Assembly: GCA_963924565.1 (NCBI GenBank)
Contig: OZ004609.1
Location: 31,186,001-31,250,000 of the forward strand
From: Ascidiella aspersa
Lineage: Eukaryota
Length of the DNA stretch: 64,000 nucleotides
Direction of reading: 5' to 3'
The translations under genes and the position numbers were made by a program. The notes below the pieces were generated by a model. That model saw nothing but the letters and a program-made list of their open reading frames with translations. It was not told the DNA's origin and searched no databases. Positions 52,199 through 64,000 of this stretch are shown piece by piece (positions within the stretch are counted from its first letter, which is position 1; every line of letters starts with the position of its first letter).

Positions 52199-52609
52199 TG
52201 CAAGTTGCTCCGTCGGGCGTGACCATTAAATCTGCTCGGTCATGCATATCTAAAACAAGTTCTTAAAAAAAATTGTTTTTTGTATACCACAATTCAATTT
52301 TGGAGTTTGTGTTATGTTCCGATTAATCTCAAAGTAAATAATTTTTGTTTTAACTAATTAAAAATTTTTACTTTAGTTTTCAGTGATCTGCTGAAGTTAT
52401 TTAACGTACATAAACATATTCTTTAATTTATACTATTGTGGTATTCGGTAAATGTCATAAAATCAGAAAAATTTTCCAAAAATAATAAACATAGAGTTCT
52501 AACAACTAAAGCATTGTTTTGGTGGGAAAATTCCCAATAGTATTTCTGTTCGATTGTTTGTTAAAAACTTTGTACAATTTATTTTGTGCCGACATAAATA
52601 AACTTCATT

Positions 52610-55600
52610 ATGAATTTGGAGTTGCTAGGTAAGATTTGTTTTTTTATTATGACATTTACATACATTGTTAATAGTGAAACTTATAAACTTGCAATATTTT
52701 TTGTCAATCTTTGTGTGTTTTAAACTGACTGTTTGACTACAAGCATTCACGATTTTATGTTTTTATAAAGCTTTAATTCCTATGGGCCAGAATAATAATT
52801 TCCTCTAAAAGCAAATAACCACAAAGCCCACAATAGATGTTTACTGCCTAAATAAGTCCATATTACATGATATTTTAATTCACACAGCACAGTCAAACTT
52901 TTAGTTTTTTGTTATGTTTTTCACTTTTACACGTCATTCTAATCTATTTGTGTTACCATTGGTTGACACTGTTATATCAGATTGTAAACTTTCGATATTG
53001 TGTAAGTTGATGAAAATGGTGCGACCGTTAAAAAAATTCCAGCTAAAATTTGCATGGTTATAGTACTTTTACTTTAATTAAACTTTTATTGGAATAAATA
53101 AATTTCCTCTGATGGCCAGAGCCGCAACTACAGTTTTGCGTGTTAGATTTGCTTTCCGCAAGATTTTGTTAGATTTGCTTTTTTTACTAAAATAAGTGGA
53201 TGTGACCACATCTAACAATGCAACTGGCCTTTACTGCTATATAACTAATCCGAATAAATTTAAACTATATAGTAATTCTGAATATAGTTGAATTTTTTTT
53301 ATTTTAATAAGAAACTGAAAATGCCAGTATAGACAAAATCTATATTGTAAAATGTCGGATCCTGGTTTTACTCGGGTTTTTATACCGAGTTTTATTGAGT
53401 TGATTTTTTATCTACTAAAGTCTATTTTTCTTTCTAGAATCATTTGGCCAAAACTACCCTGAAGAGGCAGATGGAACGCTTGACACAGGTTCGATGGCGG
53501 TCACCTGTACCTTCAACCGGCACGGAACTTTGCTTGCTGTCGGCTGCAACGATGGAAGAATTGTGGTCTGGGACTTTTTGACAAGGGGCATCGCCAAAGT
53601 TTACAATGCACATGCACATCCTGTTTGCTCATTGAGGTCTAAAAAAGTATTTTTATCCTAATTAGATGTTTTAGGTAGGATATAATTGAAAATACTATGC
53701 CAGGCTGCCAAGCTATTATTGAAATATTTAACTGCAATAGTTTTGTATATGTAACAATACTATATTGTCGCCAGTTACATTTAGCAGAATATTAAATTCT
53801 TAAAATAAAAGTTTATTTTTTATTTGAGACAGTCTTCATCCCCTGTAGGTGTTATAAATTGTGTTGTAAATAAGAGAAAGTCTAAGTTTACTTGGAAAAA
53901 AGTGAAGTTTGTCTTATTTGGATTAAGAATCACTTAGATTTTAAATTTATCTTACTTATAGATAACCTTCTAATTCATTTTTTTATCATGCCCACTTTTA
54001 TATTAGACTTTGATACCTTCTTTGCCTGTAAGTTAAAATAGAAAACATTATATATTATGTTCTTTAGTATAGTGCTTTTTAACTTTTTTTGGAACCGTAC
54101 ACACTTTCACGGCTACTGAAGACATTGTACACACCTGTCCACGCAGCACACTAAACTTATAGTAGCATTCACCCTGTTGTACTGCAAAAAGTGCTATTTT
54201 TACCGTTATGAAGAACTAGTTAGTACCTCACAATAAGGTTTATCAAGAGAAATATTTGGTTATGATGTCACAAATAGGATATAGTATCTCACAAGCTACT
54301 ACACTTATATACATAGTGTCGTGCATTGTACACTCCAGTCAATCTGGTCGTAAACCTACAGGTTTATTTTTTGTGATGCCTGATCATAGGATTTTATTGT
54401 TTATTATGTTTCTTCCATCAATGTGGTACACCCTTTAACAATTCTGGTACACCCTGGGGTATACGATACACCTTGTTGTAAAGCACTGCTTTACAACTTC
54501 ATTACTCAAAAGTTATAATTTGTTCTTTAGCTGGTCTCGCAGCGGGCGGCAACTTGTTTCGGCCTCCACGGACAACCTAGTGTGCATTTGGGATGTGCTT
54601 TCTGGCGAATGTCAACACACTTACAGGTTTCCGACCCCTATTATGAAGGTGCAATTTGACCCACGGCACAGCGACACTGTTCTGGTGTGCCCCCTTCGCC
54701 CAGCACCAGTTTTACTGAAGATTGATGCCGAACACCTGACGCTGCCTACTGTCGATGAAGTAAACAAAGTGCTTTAGAATTTGCCATTTTAAAACTTGTT
54801 GCTCTTTGGTATGTCAGACACGTCTTATTTTATTCCTATACTGTCCCTAACCCTATACTGGCCCTAACCTAAGCCCTAACCCATTTCTTAACCCTACCCA
54901 TTACCCACAAATAACCCTAACCAAGCAAATAAAGTGCTAAAACAGTGGGGCCCTTAGCCCCTTACAGTGTCAAAACTTCAACACCAACTTTGCCGATGGC
55001 AGAACGCTGGCCTTTGATTTCCCCCTACCCTCTGTCTGTAGTTCCAGGCGTTATTTAGGCCTTACTCTCAATAATTTAGGACCTATTTCGGCAGATTTAT
55101 GTCTTACTGGATTGTGCTGCGTAGTTGGCTTTATTATGTTGTTGGTCTTTAAATTTTTCTGCGTTTATATGTTGCCTTTTAGGTCTTATTGTGTGTTCCT
55201 CTGATTTTCAAATGACATTATTATTGTGGTTAAAATAGCCATCCATAACAAATTAAAATGTAGACAGGCTATGTATGATGTCATTCACGATCTACTAGTA
55301 GAAAATCCACCTTGTCTGGTGTACCAAGTCTCTAGTATAATGCCTATATTTTAGGGGTATCCACAAAGTTCTAAAATAGTATTACCATCTTTGCAAAATA
55401 TATTTGGCTGGAATTTTACTTATCACCACATAGCATTGTTTTCTTCATCTTATATACATTTTTTGTTTTATTCAGAGTGACAGCAATATCGTCGCATCTT
55501 TCGACCGTCGCGGAACTCATATTTACACGGGAAACTCAAAAGGAAGGATTGCAGTAATAAAAGTCAAGACGCTAAAGATCATCGCCTCATTTCGCGTCAC

Positions 55601-58600
55601 CACAGGAACAGTGAACAACGCAATAAAACAAATTGAATTTGCTCGCAAAGGAAGGTACAAACAAAGGAACTTAAATACATTTGTAATACAAAATGATACA
55701 AACGCAAGAAGCGAAAGTTCACCAAATAATGGTTCGAAAATAAAGCTTAAAATTGTTATGAGTCTTGTAGGACATAACATCGCCTGGGTTGTGCATTTTT
55801 TTATCTTTGAATTAAAAAAAAATTCTGCAGTTTTAAGCCCAAGCCATAGCACCCTGGATTCTAGAAATAAAGTTTGATACCATCATGTGTTTTATATAAA
55901 GCTGTATGGTATTTTTTATGCTATGATCGATTGTTTAACAAAGGAACACGCAATTCATGAATGACAGTGTCGCGTTAATATGTTGTAACTTTCCTTATTC
56001 CGCAGCTGCTTGCTGATAAACACTGCCGACAGAATCATTCGAGTTTACGATGGAAAAGAAGTTGTCATGTGCGGCAAAAGCGGTGAACCGGAACCAATTC
56101 AGAAGCTCCAGGATTTGGTCAACAAGTATGTTCAATTGCCGTCGCTTTAAAACCCAATAAAGTTATACTGTTAACAGACAATTTAAGAGCAAGTTAGCAA
56201 AACGCATTTAGACTGAATTAAAATGGAATCCTTACTTTGAATGTCCGAAGTGGGATTCTTTGCGTCAATAAAGTCCACGTATATGTCAGTCAGTTTTACA
56301 ACTTTGCGCTGCTTGTCTCTGAAACAAAAGAAACAAATATAGTTCATAATTATTAACAGATAAGTGTTCATTTGATAGAAATACACGTTTTTCTGTGATT
56401 AAAAGTTACTCCTCCATAGGTGCGACGAATAACCTCAACGTATGTGAATAATTAACCTTGGTTTTATGAAGTTTCGTTTAAACCTTATTAATAAATAACT
56501 TTTTGAATGTAGTGAAATAAACAAGACTTCATTGCTATATTAAACTACATTTGCTTTTAAAAGCGACAATAAAACGCCTTGTGGTTAAATTGTCTGGCAT
56601 CTTTTTTGATGAAAATGTCTTTATACCTGACTTTTTTACGAGTCAACGCTACAAACTTTACTTTAATTTGACTTGCATTTTTGCGATTAGAATGGGCTTA
56701 TATCAATGTTTTTTCCGGGAAAAATAGATAACCTTAACTCGGCATTTTAAGATGACGCAAAATTATCCACTTTTACTTGGATTTTCTTTTTCTTTTAAAA
56801 GCGCATGATTCAAAAGCGTGTCAAGACTTACAAAATGTGTTGCACTTGCTTTTAAGGTTTTCTAAAATAAAAAATAAATAAGAGCCCGTAATAGTATCAA
56901 TCCCTCGATTCCCAAAACAAATCTCCTAAAAACCGCTTCAAGATCGCATTCCATGTCCCCCGGTCCGTGTTCTGTAAGTGCTCACCTGCCCTGCAGCAGT
57001 ACAGTGGTGCATACGATGGCTATGAAGAGTCCTGTGCCAACCACAACGGCGCCCGCACGTTGCGAGAGCTGCAGTGTTACGAGAAGGCCGATCGCCGTTA
57101 GCACGATGCTGAAGATAAGGACCGCTCCTGCAGCAGACCTGAAGCGTATTTTGCCTTCGGGCTTCAGCTCGTAGTTGCTTGAACCTTTGTCTCTGCGAAT
57201 TGGGAATAGTGGAGGTTGAAATGTTTGTGGCGCTATAGATTAGATAGTAGAAGGTTTTCTCCGACGTAGATCAGTGCTTTTCACTATTCTTTTGCGCTAA
57301 GCCAAATGTTAAGCGTTTGGTATAGCAGCTAAGCTTTGCCAAGTCAATCCTTTTCACTAAACTTTTTCTAAGTTAAAGTAAGCGAAACACGAAAAGGAAA
57401 AGAGCAAAACCAATCTAGATTTGTCCCCCCAAAAAGTTTTCGGCCCATGTAATTTACATTTAATCATCTCTGCAAATGCAAAAATCGGAAAAATTGTTTG
57501 TGCGCTAACGAAGAAGGTCTTCCACGCCGTAGACCAGGGTTTCTCTCATTCTTATCACGCAGAGCCATATATTAAGCGTTAGGTATAGCAGCTAGGCTTT
57601 GCCAAGTCAATCCTTTTCACTGAACTTTTTGTAAGATTAACTTGAGCAAAATGTAAAACAAGTTTTCTTAAGTTTTAAAGAAATCTTACTTATATTACTA
57701 TGTAAACTACTACAGTCAACAACCCAACCAAATTAATCAGCGGCCCAATTTTATTTTACCACCTATAGCTTTCAAAACATTGCATCTTCCATAGACCAAT
57801 GGTACTTAAAACTTTCTCCGACCGCGTGACGTTTTTCTGTTACGTTTGAACCGAATTCAGATAAAGCCATTTCGCTTAAATTTACCCGGAATTATCAAAA
57901 CAAGCTCGCGACGGTACCTTGTTTTTAGGTGAATTTGTTATTAAAAAGTGACAATATAGACATTTGGAATATTACACTTGCTATACACTTTGAAACCCGC
58001 AAAATGATCGCGTACCATCTTGTACCACTGTTGGTAATTGGCCACAGGTTGAAAACACAGGGGTCAGTATGCTAAACAAGGTTTTGGTGTGTCCCCAAAG
58101 CCTAACACTTATCGATTTGGAAATGATTTTCTGGCCAATAAGCCACTGCTAATTAGCGCTCATCGCGGCCATTTAGTACAGTAACATCGTCTATATTTCT
58201 ACTGGAATCACCGAATCAATGTGTGCCAAACCGACCCTTTTAAAACAGAACAAAATCGTTTTTCGCCTGAAAAGTTATTTGACAGGCGAGAACAACAGAC
58301 ACTGAAATTAAACCGCCGCTTGATGCAAACTTTGCAAACTAGCTTGATGCAAACTTTGCAAAACTACTGGTGGACTAAATTTGTTAAATTAGATTACACT
58401 TAAAACCTGTCAGATCACCCAACTTAGTTGAGAACTATAATTACTTCGCGAAAGCTAGGAATTAAACGAAAATCTCAGTCCGAATTATATCATAGATCGA
58501 ATCACAATGGTTTTCGACAAAAGTGCATTTTTTCGTCAAAAAATAAAAATTACAAAAGTTTCGTACACCAAGACTGGCGCTTTTCATGCTTAATAACCTC

Positions 58601-61600
58601 AAAAGCGGAACAATTGTTCCCACTGAAAATCTGACATTGAATTTAAAATTGAATTTAGATAAAAACAGCTGATAGCAGGTATATAGTACAGCATAATAAA
58701 AGTTTTAGTATGTTACCAGAGACATCAACAAACACGCTATAATATCGAATAATAACGCATAAATTAAGACTAATAATGATGACAAATAATGTTTAAACAT
58801 AGAATAATCTTTAAAAACATTCGCCAATACCTAATGTTTAAAAAGTTGAAGACTAATTCTCCTTGCGGACCCTCTGAAACTGTTGTACGGACCCAGGTTG
58901 GTCCGCGGAACCCAGTTTGGGAACCGCTGCTATAGATCGTCGAGTTAACCAACTTGAAGTATCTAGTAATCCCATGTCTGACTGTTGCGCGTAAAATTCT
59001 GGCAGCACTTTACGTACAACTGCCAACTTACCTTGCTGTTAAACGCTTAAAATCCGACGACGAGCCAGTGGCTGCTTTCATGTCACGGAAAATGCGCCGT
59101 CATACACAACGCTCAACGTCAAGCTACAGAATCCAAAACTTCCGATTCGTCCCACTGACTTGAACCGCTCTTCGGCGCAGATTCAAGTCGCAAAATGGCA
59201 AATCGGCCAGCCAGCCAGCCTGATGCTGTTTGCCCTAATCTGCTCGTGGCATCTCGTCGCGTTTAGCCTCGCGCGCTGTTTGTCTAGCAAACAATGAAAC
59301 GCATTGTTTACGCCGGAGAACACAACTTGATGTCCTCTCTCGGCACAGCGATGGCAATCGCTTTCCAGTCAGCGCAATGCGGGGAAATATACAACCGTAT
59401 GGAAATGGCGTTTCCAGGGAGATTTGCCCTTTTTAGGTTTAAAATTTGGCGAGTACGTGGCAAATTTCGAGAACATCAGAAGTATCGGTTTTTTTCAATC
59501 CTTGATTTATGAAGTTTTGCAAATTACGTCTTCATTATAAAAAAAAACGCATTATATAATGCTACAAATTTTTTTTTATAACAAGCTGTATTTTTTGGGT
59601 GCGTACTACTTTAACGTCGCTGCGAACCACTTGTTTCTGGAAATCCTATGCTGCTCCCAAAATTACAAGTATACTCGCTTACAAATTTACAGTCCAGCGC
59701 GCATGATTCGGAAATGTAGGCCGATTCGACGTTCAAAGATCCCATAACTTGTCACCGACGCCATTATACATTTTTGCATATTTTCTCCGCATATAACCCG
59801 GAAGCCGCTATAGTGTGCAAACCGCTAAGCCCTCGCGTACCACAAGTGATACTTGTACCACAGTTGCTATCCACTGGTAAAACAAACGCGAATTCAAGTT
59901 TGACGAAAGTATAAATAAAAAAGCATGAAAAAAATTCACGTCTATACATAATGTTTACTTAATTAATCAATAAATTACCTCTAAACAATTATGCCTAATA
60001 AAAAGTGTGTTCAAGTATGTGTGTTCAAGTATAACCACCGTTTTTTACCCGAAAATCGAAGCCCCCAAATACGAAACAAGTTATGCCTTATTTAATAACA
60101 CTGTTCCCTCAAATAGGAATGTCCGACACTTGACAATTTTTTCCGATACCGATAGCCGATATTGTGGTCAACAAGATCGCGATTCGATTTTCTTGCCAAA
60201 AGACGTCATTACAAATTTGCTTTATAGTCAATATTTAGTTATCTCCGGATAGATATTTTTTCAATAAGTTTACGTTCGTTTTGGAGAAAGCCTAGTAATA
60301 GTCCCCTGTTGTGTTATATCTCTATGTCTGCTATCGGCTTTAAAAAAAGGTAACATAAAATTTTAATTAACCTATTGTAAGATTACTGGTTCCACAGACT
60401 AAAAACATTTAAATTTACCCCTTGTGTATTAACTAACGACGTACAAACTGAATTATTGACCATTTCGAGCTGTACTTCCAAGCTTTTTTTCTGGTCTCTG
60501 ATAACTTTTAGGTTATCTAATTTCAAGGTCTACATTTTTAGCGTTTCTCATTCCCAGCATTGAACGTTTTTCAAAAAAAGTTCTTAGTTTCAAATTTCAA
60601 ACAATAAAATTCAGTTCATTTTACACTTTTTTCGAAACTCTGTCTATGCCCGAAGCGCCAAAGACAGGCCACACAAAACTCAGGCCTTCCCCACGTAGAA
60701 CTCGCTGCGTTTGATCGCAAATTGTGGCTGAAATTATTGTATTAATTTGGTATCGGACCGGCCCGATATCCCCAGTATCGGATTACTTATGCAACCACTT
60801 GGTATCGGCCCCGATCCGATAGTATCGGGCATTCCAACCCTCAATACAAAAAGAAGAGGTTTGTTGTCAGCCTAAATGTATTATACGAAACTCGTACACA
60901 TAGCAATACGTGGAGTTTCTCCGCATCTATAATAAATTTAGTGGAGTTAGGTAAATATGGTGGTCATGTCCCCCTGTAGAAATGCACATAAAGTAACATT
61001 AAAAAAACGGTAATACAATTAGGAAAATTAATAAGCAAATTGAAAAGTTTTCAAAAACTTATCCGCCTTGTGTTAGTAGTCTTCTACTAGCTAAAACAAA
61101 TTGTTTTATCGACGAATCTTCTTCCTCGCCTACCTGAGATAGTTCAAGCTGGGTTGCTGAGGTTTGGCCGATAAGCGTGGCACAGATATCTGTTGTTGGT
61201 TGATGGTTGAAATCTTTCTCGAGGCAATCGCAGCTCCGAACATCTTTCTTGTCCGAGTCTGAAGAAAATTATTTCCTAATAGCGTTGAACCTCAAAATCT
61301 GCCGAAACCTGGTTACACGCGTCCTATATCAGGTCGAAAATTCTTCCAATCTGGCTGGAAATCGTCGGTTCTGGTTGCAGTTGTTTCAATCTGGTTACAA
61401 ACGTGAAATATGTTTGCAAAGTATAACAACTGGTGACAAATTGTAGAATCAGGTTGCTTTGTTCAATAGATGGTTGCAAAACTATAAATCTGGTTGCAAA
61501 ACGTAAATACTGGTGGCAAATTGTCGTATCTGGTTTTTAGCATAACAGATAGTTACAAATGTCAAATCTGGTACAAGATGGTAAAAGCTGGTTGCAAAAC

Positions 61601-62572
61601 GTCAAATTTGTTCACCTACCGCCAACTAAGGTTTAGATCGTAAAGTGTGACTTAAAATCTTCCAATCTGATTAAACAGCTTTAGTTTTGGCCTAAAAGTG
61701 TCGAACCTTGTTGCAAGCCCTTTAACTTCGACCTCGGCTTTTCCCGACTTCTTGCCTCCAATAGTCTTCTTGACAGCTCTGGTTTGCCTTGATCACTATC
61801 GCCGTCCTTTTCATCAATTTATTTTTTTTCGTGCAGGACACTTGTCCGACAACGGTATATAAGACAACCGTCGCAAAAAAGTCACCCTTCCCTTTCTTCC
61901 CCTGTCCAGTCGCGTTGTTGTGCTTTTTTCACGGCCAACTTTGTCCAGTTGTGACTTTCGCTTCCGCGTTTCCGCAACAATAATATAGATGTTGTATCTC
62001 CACCGCAACGTCCCTTTGCCCCTTTGTGCTTGGGCTGCGGCCTGCACTGACGATCAATTAACTGTCATTTACTTCTGCTGTCCCCAGCTCGCATGTACAG
62101 CTCGTCATTTCGCCCGACTTTCGCGCGTCTTCGATCGATAATCTCGGCCAGATTACGTGGCCGTTTTGCGTGGGGCCGGCCCAATTGTATGCCCCTGATT
62201 TCTCCTCAAAACCCACACCGACGCCTTTTCTGAGTGTGTCAACAGCGTAAAACAAGGTAATTGTGAGACAGTGTGTCTAAACCGCGCTCAAAATATTAAA
62301 AAATGAGCGAAAACGTGGCCAGAACAAATAGGGAGCCGGCCGGTTTGCGGGCTGGCCGTCAGACTTGCTTAATACCTGCATGGACCAGCAGCGATAATTA
62401 AGCCGTCTCGTCCCGCAGGACTCCGTGGAAGAAGTGCTGCTTTTCTGGCGACGGCGAGTTCATCTGCGCCGGCTCGGCCAAGCAGCACCAGCTCTACATC
62501 TGGGAGAAGAGCGTTGGCAACCTGGTCAAGATCCTTCAAGGCATCAGGGGCGAGCAGCTGCTCGACGTCGTG
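52610..62572 (+). CDS. RBBP5: Retinoblastoma-binding protein 5 (WD40, COMPASS/MLL core), 5' part; exons 52610-52628, 53438-53636, 54531-54759, 55476-55654, 56006-56125, 62419-62572; continues beyond the window
   Basis: MNLELLESFGQNYPEEADGTLD...GTLLAVGCNDGRIVVWDFLTRGIAK...HAHPVCSLSWSRSG...ASFDRRG...INTADRIIRVYD...EPIQKLQDLVNKTPWKKCCFSGDGEFICAGS...WEKSVGNLVKIL; junctions are GT-AG and phase-consistent. Confidence 0.97.
54070..54488. mobile_element. Degenerate hAT-type MITE in RBBP5 intron 2
   Basis: TIR TAGTGCTTTTTAAC / GTTGTAAAGCACTG; TSD CTTTAGTA/CTTTACAA. Confidence 0.7.
54845..54922. repeat. Degenerate CCCTAA(CC) telomere-like motif cluster
   Basis: About five interspersed CCCTAAC/TAACCCT motifs, not a pure array; probably transposon-internal. 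Confidence 0.6.
56183..59081 (-). CDS. Nested antisense gene for a small two-transmembrane protein (~130 aa); exons 59081-59032, 57192-56986, 56318-56183
   Basis: The ATG is preceded by an in-frame TGA; donors AG|GTAAGT and AG|GTGAGC; CAG acceptors; both joins phase 2; 393 nt open; two hydrophobic 21-mers in exon 2. The 3' end is uncertain (possible donor GTAAGG at ~56235). Confidence 0.75.
57265..57635. repeat. Direct repeat of ~110-125 bp (MITE 5'-end-like), two copies at ~57265 and ~57528
   Basis: Shared TTAAGCGTT-GGTATAGCAGCTA-GCTTTGCCAAGTCAATCCTTTTCACT. Confidence 0.8.
60114..60837. mobile_element. hAT-like MITE related to 46333-46675
   Basis: TIR TAGGAATGTCCGACACT / AGTATCGGGCATTCCAA; TSD CCCTCAAA/CCCTCAAT; CCGATA/TATCGG subrepeats. 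Confidence 0.8.
61309..61610. repeat. Degenerate ~20-bp minisatellite (consensus ~CTGGTTGCAAAACGTCAAAT)
   Basis: CTGGTT/CAGGTT recurs at ~20-bp spacing. Confidence 0.8.
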
Positions 62573-63238
62573 GTACGCGTCCGTTTAAAAATTTGTTAAA
62601 TTGCACGAATTCGTTAAAATGGGTTGGGTTAACTTTAAATTGAGAAGAGCAACTATGCTGGTCGCCTGAATCGGACTTCCATGTTGTAGTACACCGAACT
62701 TAAACATAAACAAAATGCTTTAAACTTTTGTTTTTTTATATGATAAAAGTCCTGATTAACCACCCAAGGCTGTACTGGTCGACTAATTTTGACCTCGCCG
62801 AAGTATGCGTCCGTTAAAAAAACAAAAATTAATGAAAAACACCCGTTTCAACCGTTTCTAATAAGCGCATTTTAAAACGCTCGTTATCAAAAACCCAATC
62901 AAATGAATCATTGTGGCGAAATAAAGTGCCAATCAAAGTAGAACATTCTGTGAAAATTTGCGAAAAAATCGCGATGATTTTCTATAGCGCTCCTGTCCAG
63001 AGTCGACATTCACCGAAACAGAAGTATCGCAAAATTCCAATGACCACCACGTGACTAATCGCGATCTATCCATTATTAGGACATAATAATCTCGCCTTGC
63101 TTTAACGCGAGAGAGGCCGGTGTCGCGATTTCATTGTTCTCGTGAAGCGAAATTAATTGCCCGTCACCCCTCCGACACATTGCAGTGTCGTCGGTCGATT
63201 GCTCGAAAATTTGAAACGCGACCTGCATGACCTTACGC

Positions 63239-63540
63239 CAGTATTTCTAAACTTTTTTTAGACGGCGACCGAATTACTCAGCGTAACAATAGCAGATAAA
63301 CTTGTGCGACCCAATTATTTGTCAGCCAACAAAATATAAGAAATTAGCTTAATATTTTCGAATTTAATAAATGTAATTATCGTCTTCGTATCACTTCGGC
63401 CATTCTCTAAAATGTTGGAAAAATTTAGCTCAAAACCAATCTTGATAAATCTAAACATGTAAAGCTACCGCAGTCGGTGTCCCAACAAAATCAAACGGCG
63501 ACCCAATTTTAGGTCGCGATTCATGTGTTCAGAAACACTG
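63239..63540. mobile_element. hAT-type MITE in RBBP5 intron 6
   Basis: TIR CAGTATTTCTAAAC / GTTCAGAAACACTG; TSD CCTTACGC/CCTTACGA; GGCGACC subterminal motifs. Confidence 0.85.
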
Positions 63541-64000
63541 CCTTACGACCACCAGCATGGGTAACAGTGACTTTTGATAACAACAACCTATAACAAAAGA
63601 CACCATAGTCAAAAGCATTTCTAAACCATTTGTAACGGCGTAGAAAACTCTCTTTTTCGTACATGGAATATCCAAATAAACCCGATACCCCTGAAATACT
63701 TTCGTCGAGTCGAAATGCACATTAGTTATTTACAGTGTTGTAAACGAGTCATTTTGAAATGATTAAGGTCGCAGTCAAATCATTTAAAAATAAAAAGTCC
63801 AAGTCAAGTCTTTTCGCAAAAAACAAACTCATATCCGAGTCATCAGTTACCCAAGTCAAGTCCCAATTAAGTCATTATTGGAGAAAACCAACTTTACGGA
63901 ATTTAAATAAAAATAGAACTTTTATTTATTGGTAAACTTGTCCGATATTATCAGCAATAACTGAAAAAAATCACAGGAAAATCTAAACTTATTATTATTT

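Noticed and set aside
56953-57174. 73-aa plus-strand ORF
   Set aside because: Shadow of the minus-strand two-TM exon.
61309-61610. Repeat-protein coding sequence or repeat-spacer array
   Set aside because: The ~20-bp period is not a multiple of 3, frames are interrupted and there are no unique spacers.

Overview
AT-rich, intron-containing animal genomic DNA, most like an invertebrate chordate such as an ascidian (inferred from gene structure and repeats, not proven). I reconstructed the spliced genes by hand. (1) 1-9874 is a near-identical 4082-bp tandem array carrying the last two exons of a vesicular glutamate transporter (SLC17A6/7/8-like); the breakpoint lies 9 nt upstream of the penultimate exon. 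(2) A 5-exon PPP1R3-family glycogen-targeting PP1 subunit lies on the minus strand (12001-19359). (3) About 25 kb follows with no recognisable CDS but many MITEs, tRNA-derived SINE pieces, E-box/CRE/D-box clusters and a hammerhead-ribozyme-like motif. (4) A complete 11-exon UBXN6 (minus) sits head-to-head with (5) the first six coding exons of RBBP5 (plus), with a young MITE between the two start codons. (6) A 3-exon antisense gene for a ~130-aa two-TM protein, which the ORF track does not assemble, is nested in RBBP5 intron 5; this is the most novel-looking feature.
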